A stretch of DNA of 64,000 nt from Azolla caroliniana. Lineage: Eukaryota > Plantae > Polypodiophyta. Shown piece after piece: positions 35,424-48,842 of this stretch. A program made the position numbers and the translations under genes. The stretch's first letter is position 1, and each line of letters opens with the position of its first letter. The notes beneath the pieces were generated by a model. That model was not told where the DNA came from, made no database searches, and saw only the letters and a list, made by a program, of their open reading frames with translations. The DNA lies in the NCBI GenBank assembly GCA_043228905.1, contig JBHGNT010000012.1, forward strand, positions 9,858,001 through 9,922,000, read 5' to 3'.

Positions 35424-38400
35424 TGTTGTGAAGAAAACCCTCCCCAAGCCCAAACCGTGTATAGCGTGTGTGAACCGGCCCTTACACGTGGGCACGTCCC
35501 TTGTCGTATAGTTGATAGGTAGGCACAAAGGTTAAATCCTAGGTAGCAATATTCTGTAAGGGAAATCGAGGAGTATCTCTGTCCAAAAGGACAGAGATTT
35601 AATGTGATGTAAACGGGTGAAACGGCCTCCCTCCTAGACCTATAAAAGAGAGGGAGACGGGTGAGAAAAAGGGGGGGCGCGAGAAGGAACGAAGTGCTGT
35701 CAGACTGGGACCGAGCTCTTCTTCTCTGTCGTTCTCCATAGCTTTCTTTTGCGCAAGCTCTCAGGAGGCTGATTCTGCTTCGTCGAACGCCCGTGTGCTT
35801 CCGGCAGAATCTCCATCTTGCTCTCCTATGTGCGTGGGTGATCAGGCGTCGACATCCACCTCACCGACCTGGTCGGCTGTAACCGTTCGATTCATCTGCA
35901 TACATACAAATACATGCCTATATTTACATACACACTCTAGTGTTCTCAACTCGCGTCTCCTGTGTTGTTGTGCCGCGTCCCCGTGCGCTTCTTTGTCTAT
36001 ACGTGAGTGAGTCTCTCTCTCTCTCTCTTTTTCCCCACCTCTTCCTCGGTCCAAGACCCCAGTGGTCCCGCCTTGTTCTCCACGCACGCGCGTAACAACG
36101 CGACATATTTGGTGAACCCGACATGAACAGGCGGCAGAGGAGTAGAAGATGAGGGGGTCAGACCTCGTAGAAGCCATGGCTTTGGCTGTGGACCGTATAG
36201 TGAGTGCGCGCGAAGACACCGGCGCCCTTGATAGGGCTATCGAGGCGGTTGTCGGTACGATCGGCCGGTTTAGTGGGAAGGATGCCATGAGCTACTTGGC
36301 GTCCTACCGGGCTGAGATGGTAATGAGGGACACTCCGGAAGAGAGGCGTCTAGCCGGATTCCCTCGAGTGGCGATGCCGGGCATCCATACGGAGGTGCTC
36401 GAGGTACGGGCCAAGAGCCGGACCTGGGAGGAGTTTGAAGGTCGGCTCCTCGAAAGATACGGGCTTGAAGATACAGACTTCATGGAGTGGGTGGAGACCC
36501 CCGACAAAGGAAGGAACGCGTCAGTGCTCCTTCCGGAGTTAGAGGAATGCTTCGCGCGCCACTCGGTGCTTGACCGGACCGTTCTGGACACAAGCCGTGT
36601 CCTATTGTTTGTTAAGTCGGTTGACGAGCGGGATCGGGAGCAGGTAGGCCTCCTATTGGAGACTGATGACGGGCTGACGGCCACTGGGCTGTGGTGAAAA
36701 GGGTCTGTGGCCATTTCGACAAACGGCGGGAATGGGTTGACAAAGGATCGACAAGGGCGGGCTCTGTCGCAGCAAGGAAGCTCGAGCCAACACCACCAAC
36801 GCGAAGGGAAGAGACCCGAGATTGGCTCGAGACCGGGTCGGCTTCAACCGGCATGGTCAATGGCTCGTCCGGGGGAGCAACTCTGGAGGAGCTAACGCGG
36901 ATGGTAAAGGATCTCCAGATCGCCCAGGCACAGAGGGATGGTGGTGAACAGGCCCGTGACCGACGACCTCTGGCTGAAAACAGGTGCATGTGGTGTGATG
37001 CGGTTGGGCACATCCGGAAGGACTGCGGGGACTTCGCCGAGGCGATGAGAAGCAATGTGGTGTACCAGTGGAACGGTCGGGTGCACGCCAACGAGACCCG
37101 AAGGGCCCTGAACCTGAACGTCGGGCGAGGGGGTATGAAAAGGCTGATGGAGGAGGCGGCGGCTCGTCACGCGGAGACCGTTCACTTCTCGGCGTCAGTT
37201 GGTATTCGGGTCGGAGGTGGCGAGGGTTTAGAGCCGGGTTCTGGCCGACGATGCTGGAAGGCCTCGCCGGCGCACGACTGAGGAAAGAAGAGGTGGACCG
37301 CGCGGAAAAACGGGTCCGGGAGGTAATCGGGTGGAGTGACCCGGTGGAAGAAAAGACGGTGCTCGGGATCGCCAAGAAGGAGTTCCACGACTCCATCGTA
37401 GACTTGTTGAAGAGGAAGATGCTGTCGACGGAGACAGAACTGGAGAAGCCGGTGGAGGTGCGGACGACGCACATAGAGGACATGGCACTAGAAGACGAGT
37501 TGGCGGAGAGCCACTATTCGAGGCCGCACTAAGCCAGAGCGACCACAGAGACCCCTGTGAAGATCGGAGATGTTCATGAACCGGTGGTGGCGTTGGTGGA
37601 CCATGGTTCAGAAATCAATTTGATGTCTATGGACTTCTATAAGAAGGGAAAATGGCCGATCAACACCAAGCACGGGTGGAAAATACGGGCGGCGACGCAT
37701 GCCACCGAAGAACTGCATGGAGCCTGCCCGAACGTACGAGTAAAGATCGGCGATGTCGAGATTGACCAGCACTTCTTCGTGTAGGAGACATCCTCACATC
37801 CGGTTATACTAGGAGAACCGTACATCACGGCAGCACGGATGGAGACCAAGGTGCTGGACAACGGCTCGGCCTATGCAAGGGTCAAGAGCCAGGATGGGCG
37901 TCACTCGGTCCGGTTCCTGACGGTGAGACCGAACCATGAGAGGAACCGCGAGACCCTCGGGGGCGAAAGCCGGGAGGATTTTTGAAGAGGGCTATCAAGG
38001 CGTGGGGCCGCGATAGTCCGGACACTCCGGGAAAACCCCACAAGTGTATGATAGCGAAGAAGACCTGTGCTATAAGTAGGGAATTTTGGTTCTTCGACAA
38101 CGGAGGGTGTACGATAGTCGACGTTGTTGCCGGAAGAAAAGGGCGGAGGAGCGACGTCGGGCATGTGGCATCCTCGACCTCAGAGAGGAAATCAACGGAG
38201 CCGTGGAGGCGGTCTCTTTCATCGATACCTTGGGGGAGCTGCGGGAGGTAGTCGGAGGAGTCCTTAAAGAGGACAAGACGATTCCGATATGTTCGGAAAA
38301 GATGTACGAAGTCATCGCGGACTTCAGTAGAGGGCTCGAGTCGGATCGGACGGCCCGGGTGGACACGAGGTACAAGACTGTGGACCGGAAGGTGAGGCCA

Positions 38401-41039
38401 GTCGCGGCTCCCTTGCCGGAGGGCAGCGAGTTGCGAATAAAGGGGGTTGCGTCGGACCTGAGTTTACGAAATCCGGCCCGCATAGGACACACGTTCACCG
38501 ACATAACGCTGCGCGAGCTCAAAATCGGTGGGGGCGGCTTCCTACTGCTAGCAGAAGAGGACCGTTTTTGGGGAATGCTCGGAAGGCACGGGAAGGCTTT
38601 CGCATTCACGGTACCGCATGTGCCGTGGAGTCTCAAACCGATTCCAGTACACAGAGCTCACATCCCGAAGCTGATGGAGCTGCGAAAGCAAAAGGTCGAG
38701 ATGGGAATCCTCGAACCGTCGAGTGCCCCATACTCAAATCGGTGGTTTACCATGCCAAAGAAGGACGGCACGCTGCGCTTTATTCAAGACTTGCAGCCGG
38801 TCAACAAGGTGACCATTCGAAACGCAGGAATCGGACCGACAATAGACGAGTTCGCGGAGGCCTTCGCCGGAAGGTCGATTTACTCGATCTGTGATCTCTA
38901 CTCGGGGTACGATCAGTTCCAGCTTGCCGTAGAGAGCAGAGACATCACGACAAAGCGAACTCCTCTCGGCATAGTACGAATGTGTACCCTGCCGCAAGCA
39001 GGGACGAACTCGGTGGCTCACATGGTGAACGCAATGAACAAAGTGTTGAGGGATTGTATCCCGGACATCACCATGCCGTTTTTGGATGACGTCCCGATCA
39101 AGGGATGCCCAGTGGAGGAAAGGGACGAGACGGTTGGACCGGACGGATGCAGGAAATTCGTGGCAACGCACATCGATGACTGCGAGAAGTTGCTGCAGAG
39201 GTTGGAGGGCGCGAGGCTCACCTTCTCCGGGGGAAAATCGGCCTTTGGGCAATCAGAGATCATGGCCGTCTCCGGCTAAGGTAGAAGCCATCTCCGCGAT
39301 GAAGAACGACTGTAGCTCGGTCACGGAGGTTTGGAGGTTCTTGGGAGCGTGCGCGTTCTACCACATATGGATCCCGCATTACGCTCACGTCGTGGAGCCG
39401 TTATACGGGTTGCTGAAAAAGGGGCGAAAATTCGAGTGGAGAGACGAGCATACGGAGTTTGTCCGGAAGATGAAGGAAGCACTTGCCGCGGCTCCGGCGC
39501 TCCGAAAGGCTGTCTACGGAAAGAGCACTCCAATTTACGTAACGGTAGACACGAGTCCGACCGGGATCGGATGGGTCATCAACCAAGAGGACGAGGACGG
39601 AGTGCGTTCCCTGATCCGGTTCGGCGCGAAGGTCCTCAGCAAGCGACAACGAGGATACGCCCAGGTTAAACACGAGCTCTGGGGTATCGTTTCGGTGGTA
39701 AAGGCCGATAAAGACTACCTGATCGGGACAGAGGTAATTATCGAGACGGACTGCCTACCGATCCTTGGCATGGTTTCCGGATGCGTGACGCCGGACCTGG
39801 CAATGCTCAGGTGGATAGCGTACATCAAGTCCCTGAATCCGGAAATACGACACATTTCCGGGAAAGACAACGCCATGGCCGACATGCTTTCAAGGGCGAG
39901 GTTCGAAAACGACGGCGCCATGGTTACAGAGGACGAGGAAGTCGGCATGGACTTCTTCGAGGCGGCTCACGTAACAACCGGTAGGGAATGCTCTCCAACT
40001 CTTAACGATTTCGACGAGAGCAAGTATGACGGGGAGTGGCTGCAGATCGGCGGGTTCCTGAAAACAATGACACCGGACGCGGCATGGACAACGGACGAGG
40101 GCGTATCCTGCGAGTCTACGACAGCAGCCTCGACAATTAGCACAGGGCCACGCGGAAGTTTGCGAGGAGGTGGTTCGGGCCTTACGTAGTAACAGGCGCC
40201 CACGGCAATGGGACGTATCATCTCGCGGAGCTCGACGGTATGAGAATGGCGATACTGGTAGCGGGGAAGAGGATCAAAGCGTTCAAGAAACGGCACGACG
40301 GGGAGCCGGAGCTAGGGGGCATGGACAGCAACGACGAGCAGCCCGAGGCGGAGGATGAACCGGTAAACGAGGAATAAAAGCATGGATCGGTTTTCTCCCG
40401 TAGGAACCCAATTATGGCGCATACCGGTGGATGCGCGGTTAGGTGGGGGCGGATGTCGTAAAGAAAACCGTCCCCAGGCGCAAACCGTGTATAGTGTGTG
40501 TGAACCGGCCCTTACACATGGGCACGTCCCTTGTCGTATAGTAGATAGGTAGGCACAAAGGTTAAATCCTAGGTAGCAATATTCTGTAAGGGAAATCGAG
40601 GAGTATCTCTGTCCGAAAGGACAGAGAATTAATGTGATGTAAACGGGTGAAACGGCCTCCCTCCTTGAGCTATAAAAGAGAGGGAGACGGGGGAGAGAAA
40701 GGGGGGGCGCGAGAAGGAACGAAGTGTTGTCGGACTGGGACCGAGCTCTTCTTCTCTGTCGTTCTCCATAGCTTTCTTTTGCGTAGGCTCTCAAGAGGCT
40801 GATTCTGCTCCGTGGAACGCCCGTGTGCTTCCGGCAGAATCTCCATCTTGCTCTCCCGTGTGCGTGGGTGATCAGGCGTCGGCATCCACCTCGCCGACCT
40901 AGTTGGCTGTAACCGTTCGATTCGTCTGCATACATACAAATACATGCCTATATTTACATACACACTCTAGTGTTCTCAACTCGCGTCTCCTGTGTTGTTG
41001 TGCCGCATCCCCGTGCGCTTCTTTGTCTATACGTGAGTG

Positions 41040-41082
<43 letters not shown>

Positions 41083-41155
41083 CCCCACCTATTCCTCGGT
41101 CCAAGACCCCAGTGGTCCCGCCTTGTTCTCCACGCACGCGCGTAACAACGCGACA
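35424..41155 (+). mobile_element. Gypsy Z (same Trp family), nested in Y; integrase core deleted
   Basis: LTRs 35424-36105 and 40454-41155; PBS TGGTGAACCCGACATGAA 36110-36127; TSD ATGG/ACGG. Confidence 0.93.
36149..40377 (+). pseudogene. Gypsy Z gag-PR / RT-RNase H / IN C-terminus
   Basis: CMWCDAVGHIRKDC, VDHGSEIN, YSNRWF, DLYSGYDQ, PFLDDVPI, TVDTSPTGIG. Jumps to the IN tail near 40110. Confidence 0.9.
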
Positions 41156-42095
41156 ACGGGCAGAGGAGTCCTCGGGCCTGAAGAGGAAATCAGCGGAGCC
41201 ATGGAGGTGGTCTCTTTCGACGACACCTTGGGGAAGTTATGGGAGGTGTTTGGAGAAGGCCATAATGCAGACCGGACAATTCCGGTATGTTTGGAAAATA
41301 TGTACGAAGTCATCGCCGACTTCGGTAGTGGAGTCGAGTCGGATCGGACGGCCCGAGTGGATACGAAGTACAAGATTGTGGACCAGAAGGTGAGGCCAAT
41401 CGCGGCACCCTTGCCGAAGGGCAGCGAGTTACAGCTAAAGGGGGTCGTGTCGGACACAAGTCTACAAGATCCAGCCAGCATAGGACACACGTTCACCGAC
41501 ATAACCTTCTGGGAACTCAAGATCGGTGGGGGTGGTTTCCTGCTGCCGACGGAAGAGGAGCGGTTTCGGAGAATGCTCGGGAGGCACGGGAAGGCTTTTG
41601 CATTCTCACTGGAGGAGATCGGGTGCATAGACCCGAAGGTTGTGGAACCAATGTTGATCTTCACGGTACCGCATGTGTCGTGGAATCTCAAGCCGATTCT
41701 GGTACCCATAGCTCACATCGGAAAATGATGGAGCTGCTGAAACAGAAGGTGGAGATGGGCATCCTCGAACCGTCGAGTGCCCCATATTCAAATCGGTGGT
41801 TTACCGTGCCGAAGAAGAACGACACACTGCGCTTCATACAGGACCTGCAGCCGGTCAACAAGGTATCAGACCGACCATCGATGAGTTCGCGGAGGCCTTT
41901 GCACGGAGTTCAATCTACTCGGTCGGGGATTTGTTCTTAGGGTACGATCAGTTCCAACGATCCGTAGAGAGCAGGGATGTCACGACGATGCGGACTCCTC
42001 TCGGCCTAGTTCGGATGTGTACCCTGCCGCAAGGAGGAACGAACTCGGTGGCGCACATGGTGAATGTGATGAACAAGGTGTTGAGGGACTGCATA
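41156..42095 (+). pseudogene. Gypsy Y RT, N-terminal part
   Basis: PSSAPYSNRWFTVPKK, QGGTNSVAHM. Confidence 0.88.
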
Positions 42096-42516
42096 TGTCA
42101 GGAACAATACTAAGACAGAGAAGGAATTAGTACTAAAAGAAGTATTAGTACTAAGAGAGGTGAAGAACTCTCGAGAGAAGGAAAGAGTGAGTGAGAGGGA
42201 GAGAGAGAGAGAGAGAGAGAGAGAAAGATGATAAGAAAAGATATATATTATGTGAAGAGAATGTATAGTAGTAGCTAGGAGGCTTAAGACTGGTGTTGAA
42301 CCGATTTGGTTCGAAATAATGCCTCGTGCCTCCTTTTATAGTGTTCTAAGGAATACTCCTAAAGTTTCTAGAATGTTCCAGAGAAATCTGGAATATACAT
42401 CAATTTTCTATAATAAAACATAAATGAAAATAATATTCTACGTATTATAATGTATAGTCTAATGGTCAAGAGCTCGACCCATGTAGCATAAGGTCATGGG
42501 TTCAAGTCTTGCCATA

Positions 42517-45500
42517 TCATGACACTATCCCCCCTTTAAAACGACGAGTGTAACGAGTCGTTTTGGATTGAGGACCCGGTTTGTCTGGATATTGATGATG
42601 GAAGTCTTCAAGAAGTGCATGAGCATTGGTGACATTCTCTATCGGTTCCCAAGTACACTCACTGGGACTATATCCTAGCCAATCGACTAGATAGTAAAGC
42701 TTGTTGCGAACAATCTTGGAATCAAGGATGGCGGCAACCTCGTACTCAGGTCCATCTTCAAGCTCGATCGGGGGTGGAGGCTGTGTAATACGTCCTGGGA
42801 TGGTGCTCTCTTGATAGAGTTCAAGGAGAGAACTATGAAACACCGGATGTATCCGAAGTTGTGGAGGTAGATCGAGATGAAAAGCGACATCATTAATCTT
42901 TCCTATGATACGGAAAGGACCTAATCGTTGATAATCCAACTTCTCGCATGGGCGAGTAGTCTTGATGTGTCGTTGGAGTAGCCATACCCGATCTCCAATG
43001 TTAAAACTGGATGGGAGTCGATGAAGATCCGCATAAACCTTGTGTGTTTGCTGAGCTTGTTGGAGATGAGTAGATAAAATCCACTTGTATCTTGCGTAAC
43101 CGCTCCAAACGATCCTCCGCGCAAGGATTTGTGGACACCTCTGGGGTTTCAAGTACACACCACCGGGGGTGACATCCCGTAACTCGGCGAAGTGGAGAAT
43201 ATCTGCCCAGTCTTCCTGATGATAGCTGAGAAAGCACCGCAGGTACTGCTCTAGCGTTTGATTTGTTCGTTCGGCTTGGCCGTCGGTTTGTGGGTGGTAG
43301 CCGGAGGAGAGGTTACAAGTGACTTTGAGCAATTTAAAAAGGTGCTTCCAGAATTCTGATATGAACTGGGGTCCACGATAGCTGACAATACTATCGGGAA
43401 GTCCATGATGCCGACATACTTCACGCATGACAATTTCGGCGGTGTCTTCACTGGAGATTTCCTTAGTACAAGGCAAAAAATGAGCCATGTTCGTATATCG
43501 ATCTACCACTGTTAGAATTGCATTGAACCCCTTAGAGACTGGAAGATCTGTGATGAAGTCTAGAGCAATGGATTGCCACGGCTTGCTTGGAATTGGTAAT
43601 GGTTCTAATAAACCATATGGATGATGCCTTGGCATTTTCGCTCTGCAGCATGTGTCACAAGTCCGAACAAAATCTTCGACAAATTGTCGCATACAGGGCC
43701 ACCAGAATGATCATTGTACTAAATCTAATGTTTTAGTACTACCAAAATGCCCAGCTGTATATGTGTCATGACAGTTTTGTACTACTTGAAGGCGGGAAGA
43801 ACCATTAGGAACATACAAAAGTTCTTTAAAGAAGAGTAATCGATCATGGTATTTGAATTGCCGATAGTCCGTACCTGGTGGTTGCGACTGTGAACACGAC
43901 GCTCGAGAGGGATCAATTTGTGCTAGTATAGCTTGGGCGAAAGCATCTGCCTTCAGATCCACACGTATGATATCGATAACGTGGGAATCCATGGGCATGC
44001 CAAAGACCTGTGTTGCTTGCAGTCCTGCCGGTCCCAAGATTACTTGCTTTTGGTTATCAAAAGCTGGCTCGCCGGGACGTGGTGCTAGGAACGAACGCCG
44101 TGATAATGCATCTGCTTTCCCTTGAAGTTTCCCAGGTCGATATGTAATCTTGAAGTCGAAACGCGTGAGAAAATGGGCCCACCGAGCTTGACATCGATTT
44201 AACACACGAGCGTCTTGAAAATAGGCGAGGTTTTTGTGGTCACTGAATACAGTGACTTGATGAGAAGATCCCTCTAGAAAATGCCTCCATTGCATAAAAG
44301 AGTCCACTATAGCCAATAGCTCTTTATCATGAATTTCGTAGTTGATTTCGGCGGTGTCAAACTTGCGTGAGTGAAAAGCCACAGGATGTAGCTTTTCATC
44401 ATTACCTCGTTGTGATAGAATGCTTCCCAATGCAAAATCCGATGTGCCCGCTTCGATGATGAATGGTTTTTCTGGATCAACGTGAGCTAGAATCGGAGCC
44501 GATGTAAATGCCTGTTTAAGATTCTCAAAAGCCATGTCCGCTTCTTCAGACCAAACGAACGATTGTCCCTTCCTAGTAAGTTGTGTAAGAGGCAAAACGA
44601 GCTTTGAGTAATCCTTTATAAACTTCCGGTAAAAATTGGCAAAGCCTAGAAAGCATTGCACATCCCGCACCAAACGCGGAGTCTGCCATTCTACCACCGT
44701 TTTGACCTTAGCTGGGTCCATGGAGATGCCTTCTAAGGAAATGACATAGTCGAGAAATTCCACCTAGTTGCACCCGAAACTACATTTTTCCAGCTTTGCA
44801 TAGAGACCATGTTCTCGAAGTCATTTTAGTACTAACAGTACATGAGAATCATGCTCTTCTTGGGTCTTCGAGTAAACCAGTAGATCATCCAAATAGATGA
44901 TTAGACACACATCTAGGAGATCTCGGAAAATATCATTTGCCATGTGATGGAAGACTGCTAGCGCATTAGTGAGGCCGAACGGCATGACCGTATACTCGAA
45001 GTGCCCATATCTAGTGCGAAACGCGGTCTTCCATTCATCTCCTGGTAGGATCCGTACGAGGTTATAGGCTCCCCGTAAGTCGATCTTCGTGAAGAACCTA
45101 GCACCATTGATCCGTTCTAAAAGACTTGAGATAAGGGGGAGTGCATACCTATTTCGGATTGTAACCTTATTCAAGCCACGGTAATCTACAACGAGCCGAA
45201 GTGAGCCATCCTTTTTCTTGACGAAGAAAATGGGTGCGCCGGCTGGAGATTTCGAATGTCGTATGAAACCATTCTCCAAATTCTCCTCTATATAGGCTCG
45301 AAGGACTTCCAGTTCGGTTGGTGACAAATTGTAGATCGGTCCCCAAGGTGGCTCTTTCCCTGGTTGTAAATCGATGGGGCAATAATATGGTCGATGGTGA
45401 GGAAGCATACTGGCTTGTACTTTATCAAACACATCGGCATAGTGATGATACTTCTCTGGAAGTTGAACGGTGGAATCCTCTTTAGTGGTGCTAGAGGGGT

Positions 45501-46010
45501 TTACTGATATTGCAAAGAGGAACATTTCTTCCTTGCATCCTTCCTTACGCAACTGATGTAGTGAAATCGTTGCAATCTCATGAGTAGACCCTCGGGCTTT
45601 TCGATGCCGGATTTCTCTTGTCCGCCAATCTATGTCTGGGTTATGTAATTCGAACCATGGTAATCCTAAGACAATGGGGTGTTCTGGGATGCTAATTATA
45701 TTAAATGATATGACACATGCTAGATTATCTAGGACAACATTAACGGGCTCTGACTCTTATATGATATTTCCTGAGGCAATGGGACGACCATTGACGACTA
45801 CTACAAGGGGAGTTTTCTGAGAGATATCTGATGAGCTTGGGCAAATTTCCTATCCATGAAGCAAGAATTAGCTCCGGAATCTAGAAGTGCTAAGACATGT
45901 ACTGGAGGAGTACTTTTAGTACTAACTGTTACTTGGGCTACGAACACATTGCTAACTTGCTTAGAGGGAATGGAGCCACTAATGGGCTGCACAGATCTAG
46001 GGCTGTCCAA
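42517..46010 (-). pseudogene. Chromovirus W pol (PR, RT, RNase H, IN, chromodomain), disrupted
   Basis: ALLDSGANS, IYLDDLLV, YHPQTDGQAER, EYEVAAILDS...YLVDWLGY...TWEP. Confidence 0.93.
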
Positions 46011-46036
46011 CCAAACGGCTCCTATTTTGGCTGGAC

Positions 46037-47179
46037 TTAGTCATTTAACTCTTCTTCTAACTGACTAAGGACATCAAATTTGTTCGCTAGATTTGGGCTA
46101 TTAGTACTATTAGGACTATCAGATATCCCTACTGAAATAGACTCGGGTTTAGTACAATCAGAACTAGCAACTATTTGGTTTACCTGCCTTCTTGGCCTAT
46201 GGGGACAGTTTACCGCGATATGCCCTGGTCCACCGCAATAAAGACATAGTCGGTTTGCTCGGCGTCATTGCTTTTCTTCTTCCGATAGCGGTCCACGACG
46301 ACGTGTGGCGTCAATTTCCATCGAAGTTGGAGTAATTGCTGGGGGCGCATTATATGACTCCCTCGGAAAAGGTTTCACTACCACTGAGGCATAGGTAGGC
46401 TCTGATCTTTCCCTCGGAATCTAGAATTGTCGTTCCGAACGTCGTTCGAAGAGGCGGTTGTCGCATCTCACCGCACGACTAATTGCTTCTGTTAATGACT
46501 TTGGCTCTTCGGGGAAGGTCAAGAGTAAATCCTTGACATCGTTGCGTAAGCCATAACGGAATTACTCCATCAATGCGTGATCATCCCAAGGGATATCGGC
46601 AGCGAGTAGGCGGAAATCTGCAGCGTATGCGGAAGCTGGACGATCACCTTGGCGTAATCGCCGGATTTTGTTGATTGCAGTCCTTATGCTGTCAGTATCT
46701 CCAAAACAAGCCTTAAACTCACTTATAAATTCTTCAAAACTGTTTAATAATGGAGAATCCTTTTCCAACAATGGAGCAAACCATGCTAACGCTGAGCCAC
46801 TAAGGAGAGTGCCTACTAGTCCCACTCGTGATGCATCGGTGGGATATCGAGAAGGATGCATTTGTATCACTAAACGTACCTGATTCAAAAACCCTCTAAA
46901 CTGTGATCGGGTCCCATCAAATTTTGAAGGAAGACCGATCTTGGGTTCTTTGTGAATCCCTTGAGCGCTTGATCCTTGTTGTTGTAATGATATGATAGTC
47001 GCTTCGACTTGTTGTACACGTAGTGTCAACTCCCCGTGTTGTTGTTGTTTTTCTAGCGCTATTTGTTGAAGATCCCCCAACAAGCGATGATTTTCTTGTT
47101 CTAGTGCTACAAATTTCTCTTTTAAGCACTGGAGCTCCGAGAAAACAGATTGGTATTCCTGAGCGCTAACAGTTTCCAT
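46037..47179 (-). pseudogene. Chromovirus W gag
   Basis: EPKIGLPSKFDG retrotransposon gag motif and CLYCGGPGHIAVNC; internal stops. Confidence 0.88.
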
Positions 47180-47680
47180 TTTACTAGGGAGGATAAAAGG
47201 ATTAATAAGAAGATAAAAGGAAAAGGAGGAAAGGAAGATCGACCGAAATCGGTTCAAACTGTCAGGAATAGTACTAAGACAGAGAAGGAATTAGTACTAA
47301 AAGAAGTATTAGTACTAAGAGAGGTGAAGAACTCTCGAGAGAAGGAAAGAGTGAGTGAGAGGGAGAGAGAGAGAGAGAGAGAGATGATAAGAAAAGATAT
47401 ATATTATGTGAAGAGAATGTACAGTAGTAGCTAGGAGGCTTAAGACTGGTGTTGAACCGATTTGGTTCGAAATAATGCCTCGTGCCTCCTTTTATAGTGT
47501 TCTAAGGAATACTCCTAAAGTTTCTAGAATGTTCCAGAGAAATCTGGAATATACATCAATTTTCTATAATAAAACATAAATGAAAATAATATTCTACGTA
47601 TTACAATGTATAGTCTAATGGTCAAGAGCTCGACCCATGTAGCATAAGGTCATGGGTTCGAGTCTTGCCATATCATGACA

Positions 47681-48539
47681 GCATCCCGGACATCACCGTG
47701 CCGTTTCTGGACAACATACCGATCAAAGGATGTCCGGTGGAGGACAAGGATGAGCCTATCGGGCCCGACGGTTGCCGGAGGTTCGTGACGGATCACATCC
47801 ATGACTGCGAGAAGGTGCTACAAAGACTCGAGAGCGCGCGACTCCCCTTCTCCAGAGAAAAATCAGCCTTCGGACAGCCGGTAGTCGGACACTTGTGCGG
47901 GCCCTATGGCCGGAAACCGTCCCCAGAGAAGGTAGAAGCCATCTCCGCGATGAAGAGGATGTCTACGGGTCGGTTACCGAGGTCCACAGATTCTTGGGGG
48001 CGTGCGCGTTCTACCACATCGTTCTACCACATCTGGATTCCGCACTACGCGCATGTCGCGGAGCCGCTCTACAGGCTATTGAAGAAAGGGTGTAGGTTCG
48101 AGTGGAGAACGGAGCACACGGAGTCGGTCTGGAGGATGAAGGAGGTGCTTGCTACGGCACTGGCTCTCCGAAAAGCGGTTTACGACAAAGAAGTCCCCAT
48201 CTGCGTGACGGTCGACACGAGCCCAACCGGGATCGGGTGGGTAATCAGTCAGGAGGACAAGGACGGTGTATGGTTCCGGATCCGGTTCAAGGCGAAGGTA
48301 CTGAGCGAGTGACAGCGAGGATACGCCCAAGTTAAGTGCGAGCTTTGGGGTATCCTTTCGGCAGTCAAGGCCGACAAGGACTATCTGATCGGGACAGAAG
48401 TGATCATCGAGACGGACTGCCTACCGATTCTAGGTATGGTCTCCGGATGCGCGACTCCGAACCTGGCGATGCTCAAGTGGATCGTGTACATCAAGTCCCT
48501 AAACCTGGAGATACGACACATCTCCGGGAAAGATGATAC
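47681..48539 (+). pseudogene. Gypsy Y RT C-terminus and RNase H
   Basis: PFLDNIPIKG, TVDTSPTGIG, ETDCLPILG. Confidence 0.87.
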
Positions 48540-48842
48540 TGTGGTGGTCACATGGACCACACCTAGATTAGGCCCCTACCAAGCCCCATGCACCACACAT
48601 AGACCACACCCAAATTAGGCCCCTACCAAGCCTCATGCACCACACCCAAACTAGGCCCCCACCAAGCCCCATAATTAGTAGAGCTAATTGGAGCGGGAGA
48701 ACACCCTCCACGCTAAGAGAGAGTCTATAAAATGTAACGTGAGACATAATGAAACAGAGGCTATTCTTGAGAGCATTTCACATCTTGGTGGAGAAGACGG
48801 GCCAAGCCACCCCAACTCACGACCCCAACAACGCCCGCCACG

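Larger units (their letters stand above)
42096..47680 (-). mobile_element. Chromovirus W (Ty3/gypsy, Tcn1/Tf1-like), nested in Y RT
   Basis: LTRs 42096-42524 and 47260-47680; PPT 42525-42540; TSD GCATA/GCATC; C-terminal chromodomain. Confidence 0.95.

Noticed and set aside
43078-43185. Foreign insertion in the W integrase
   Set aside because: Explained by a small deletion plus a compensating frameshift; the alternative frame (GCHPRWCVLETPEV) reads as integrase.
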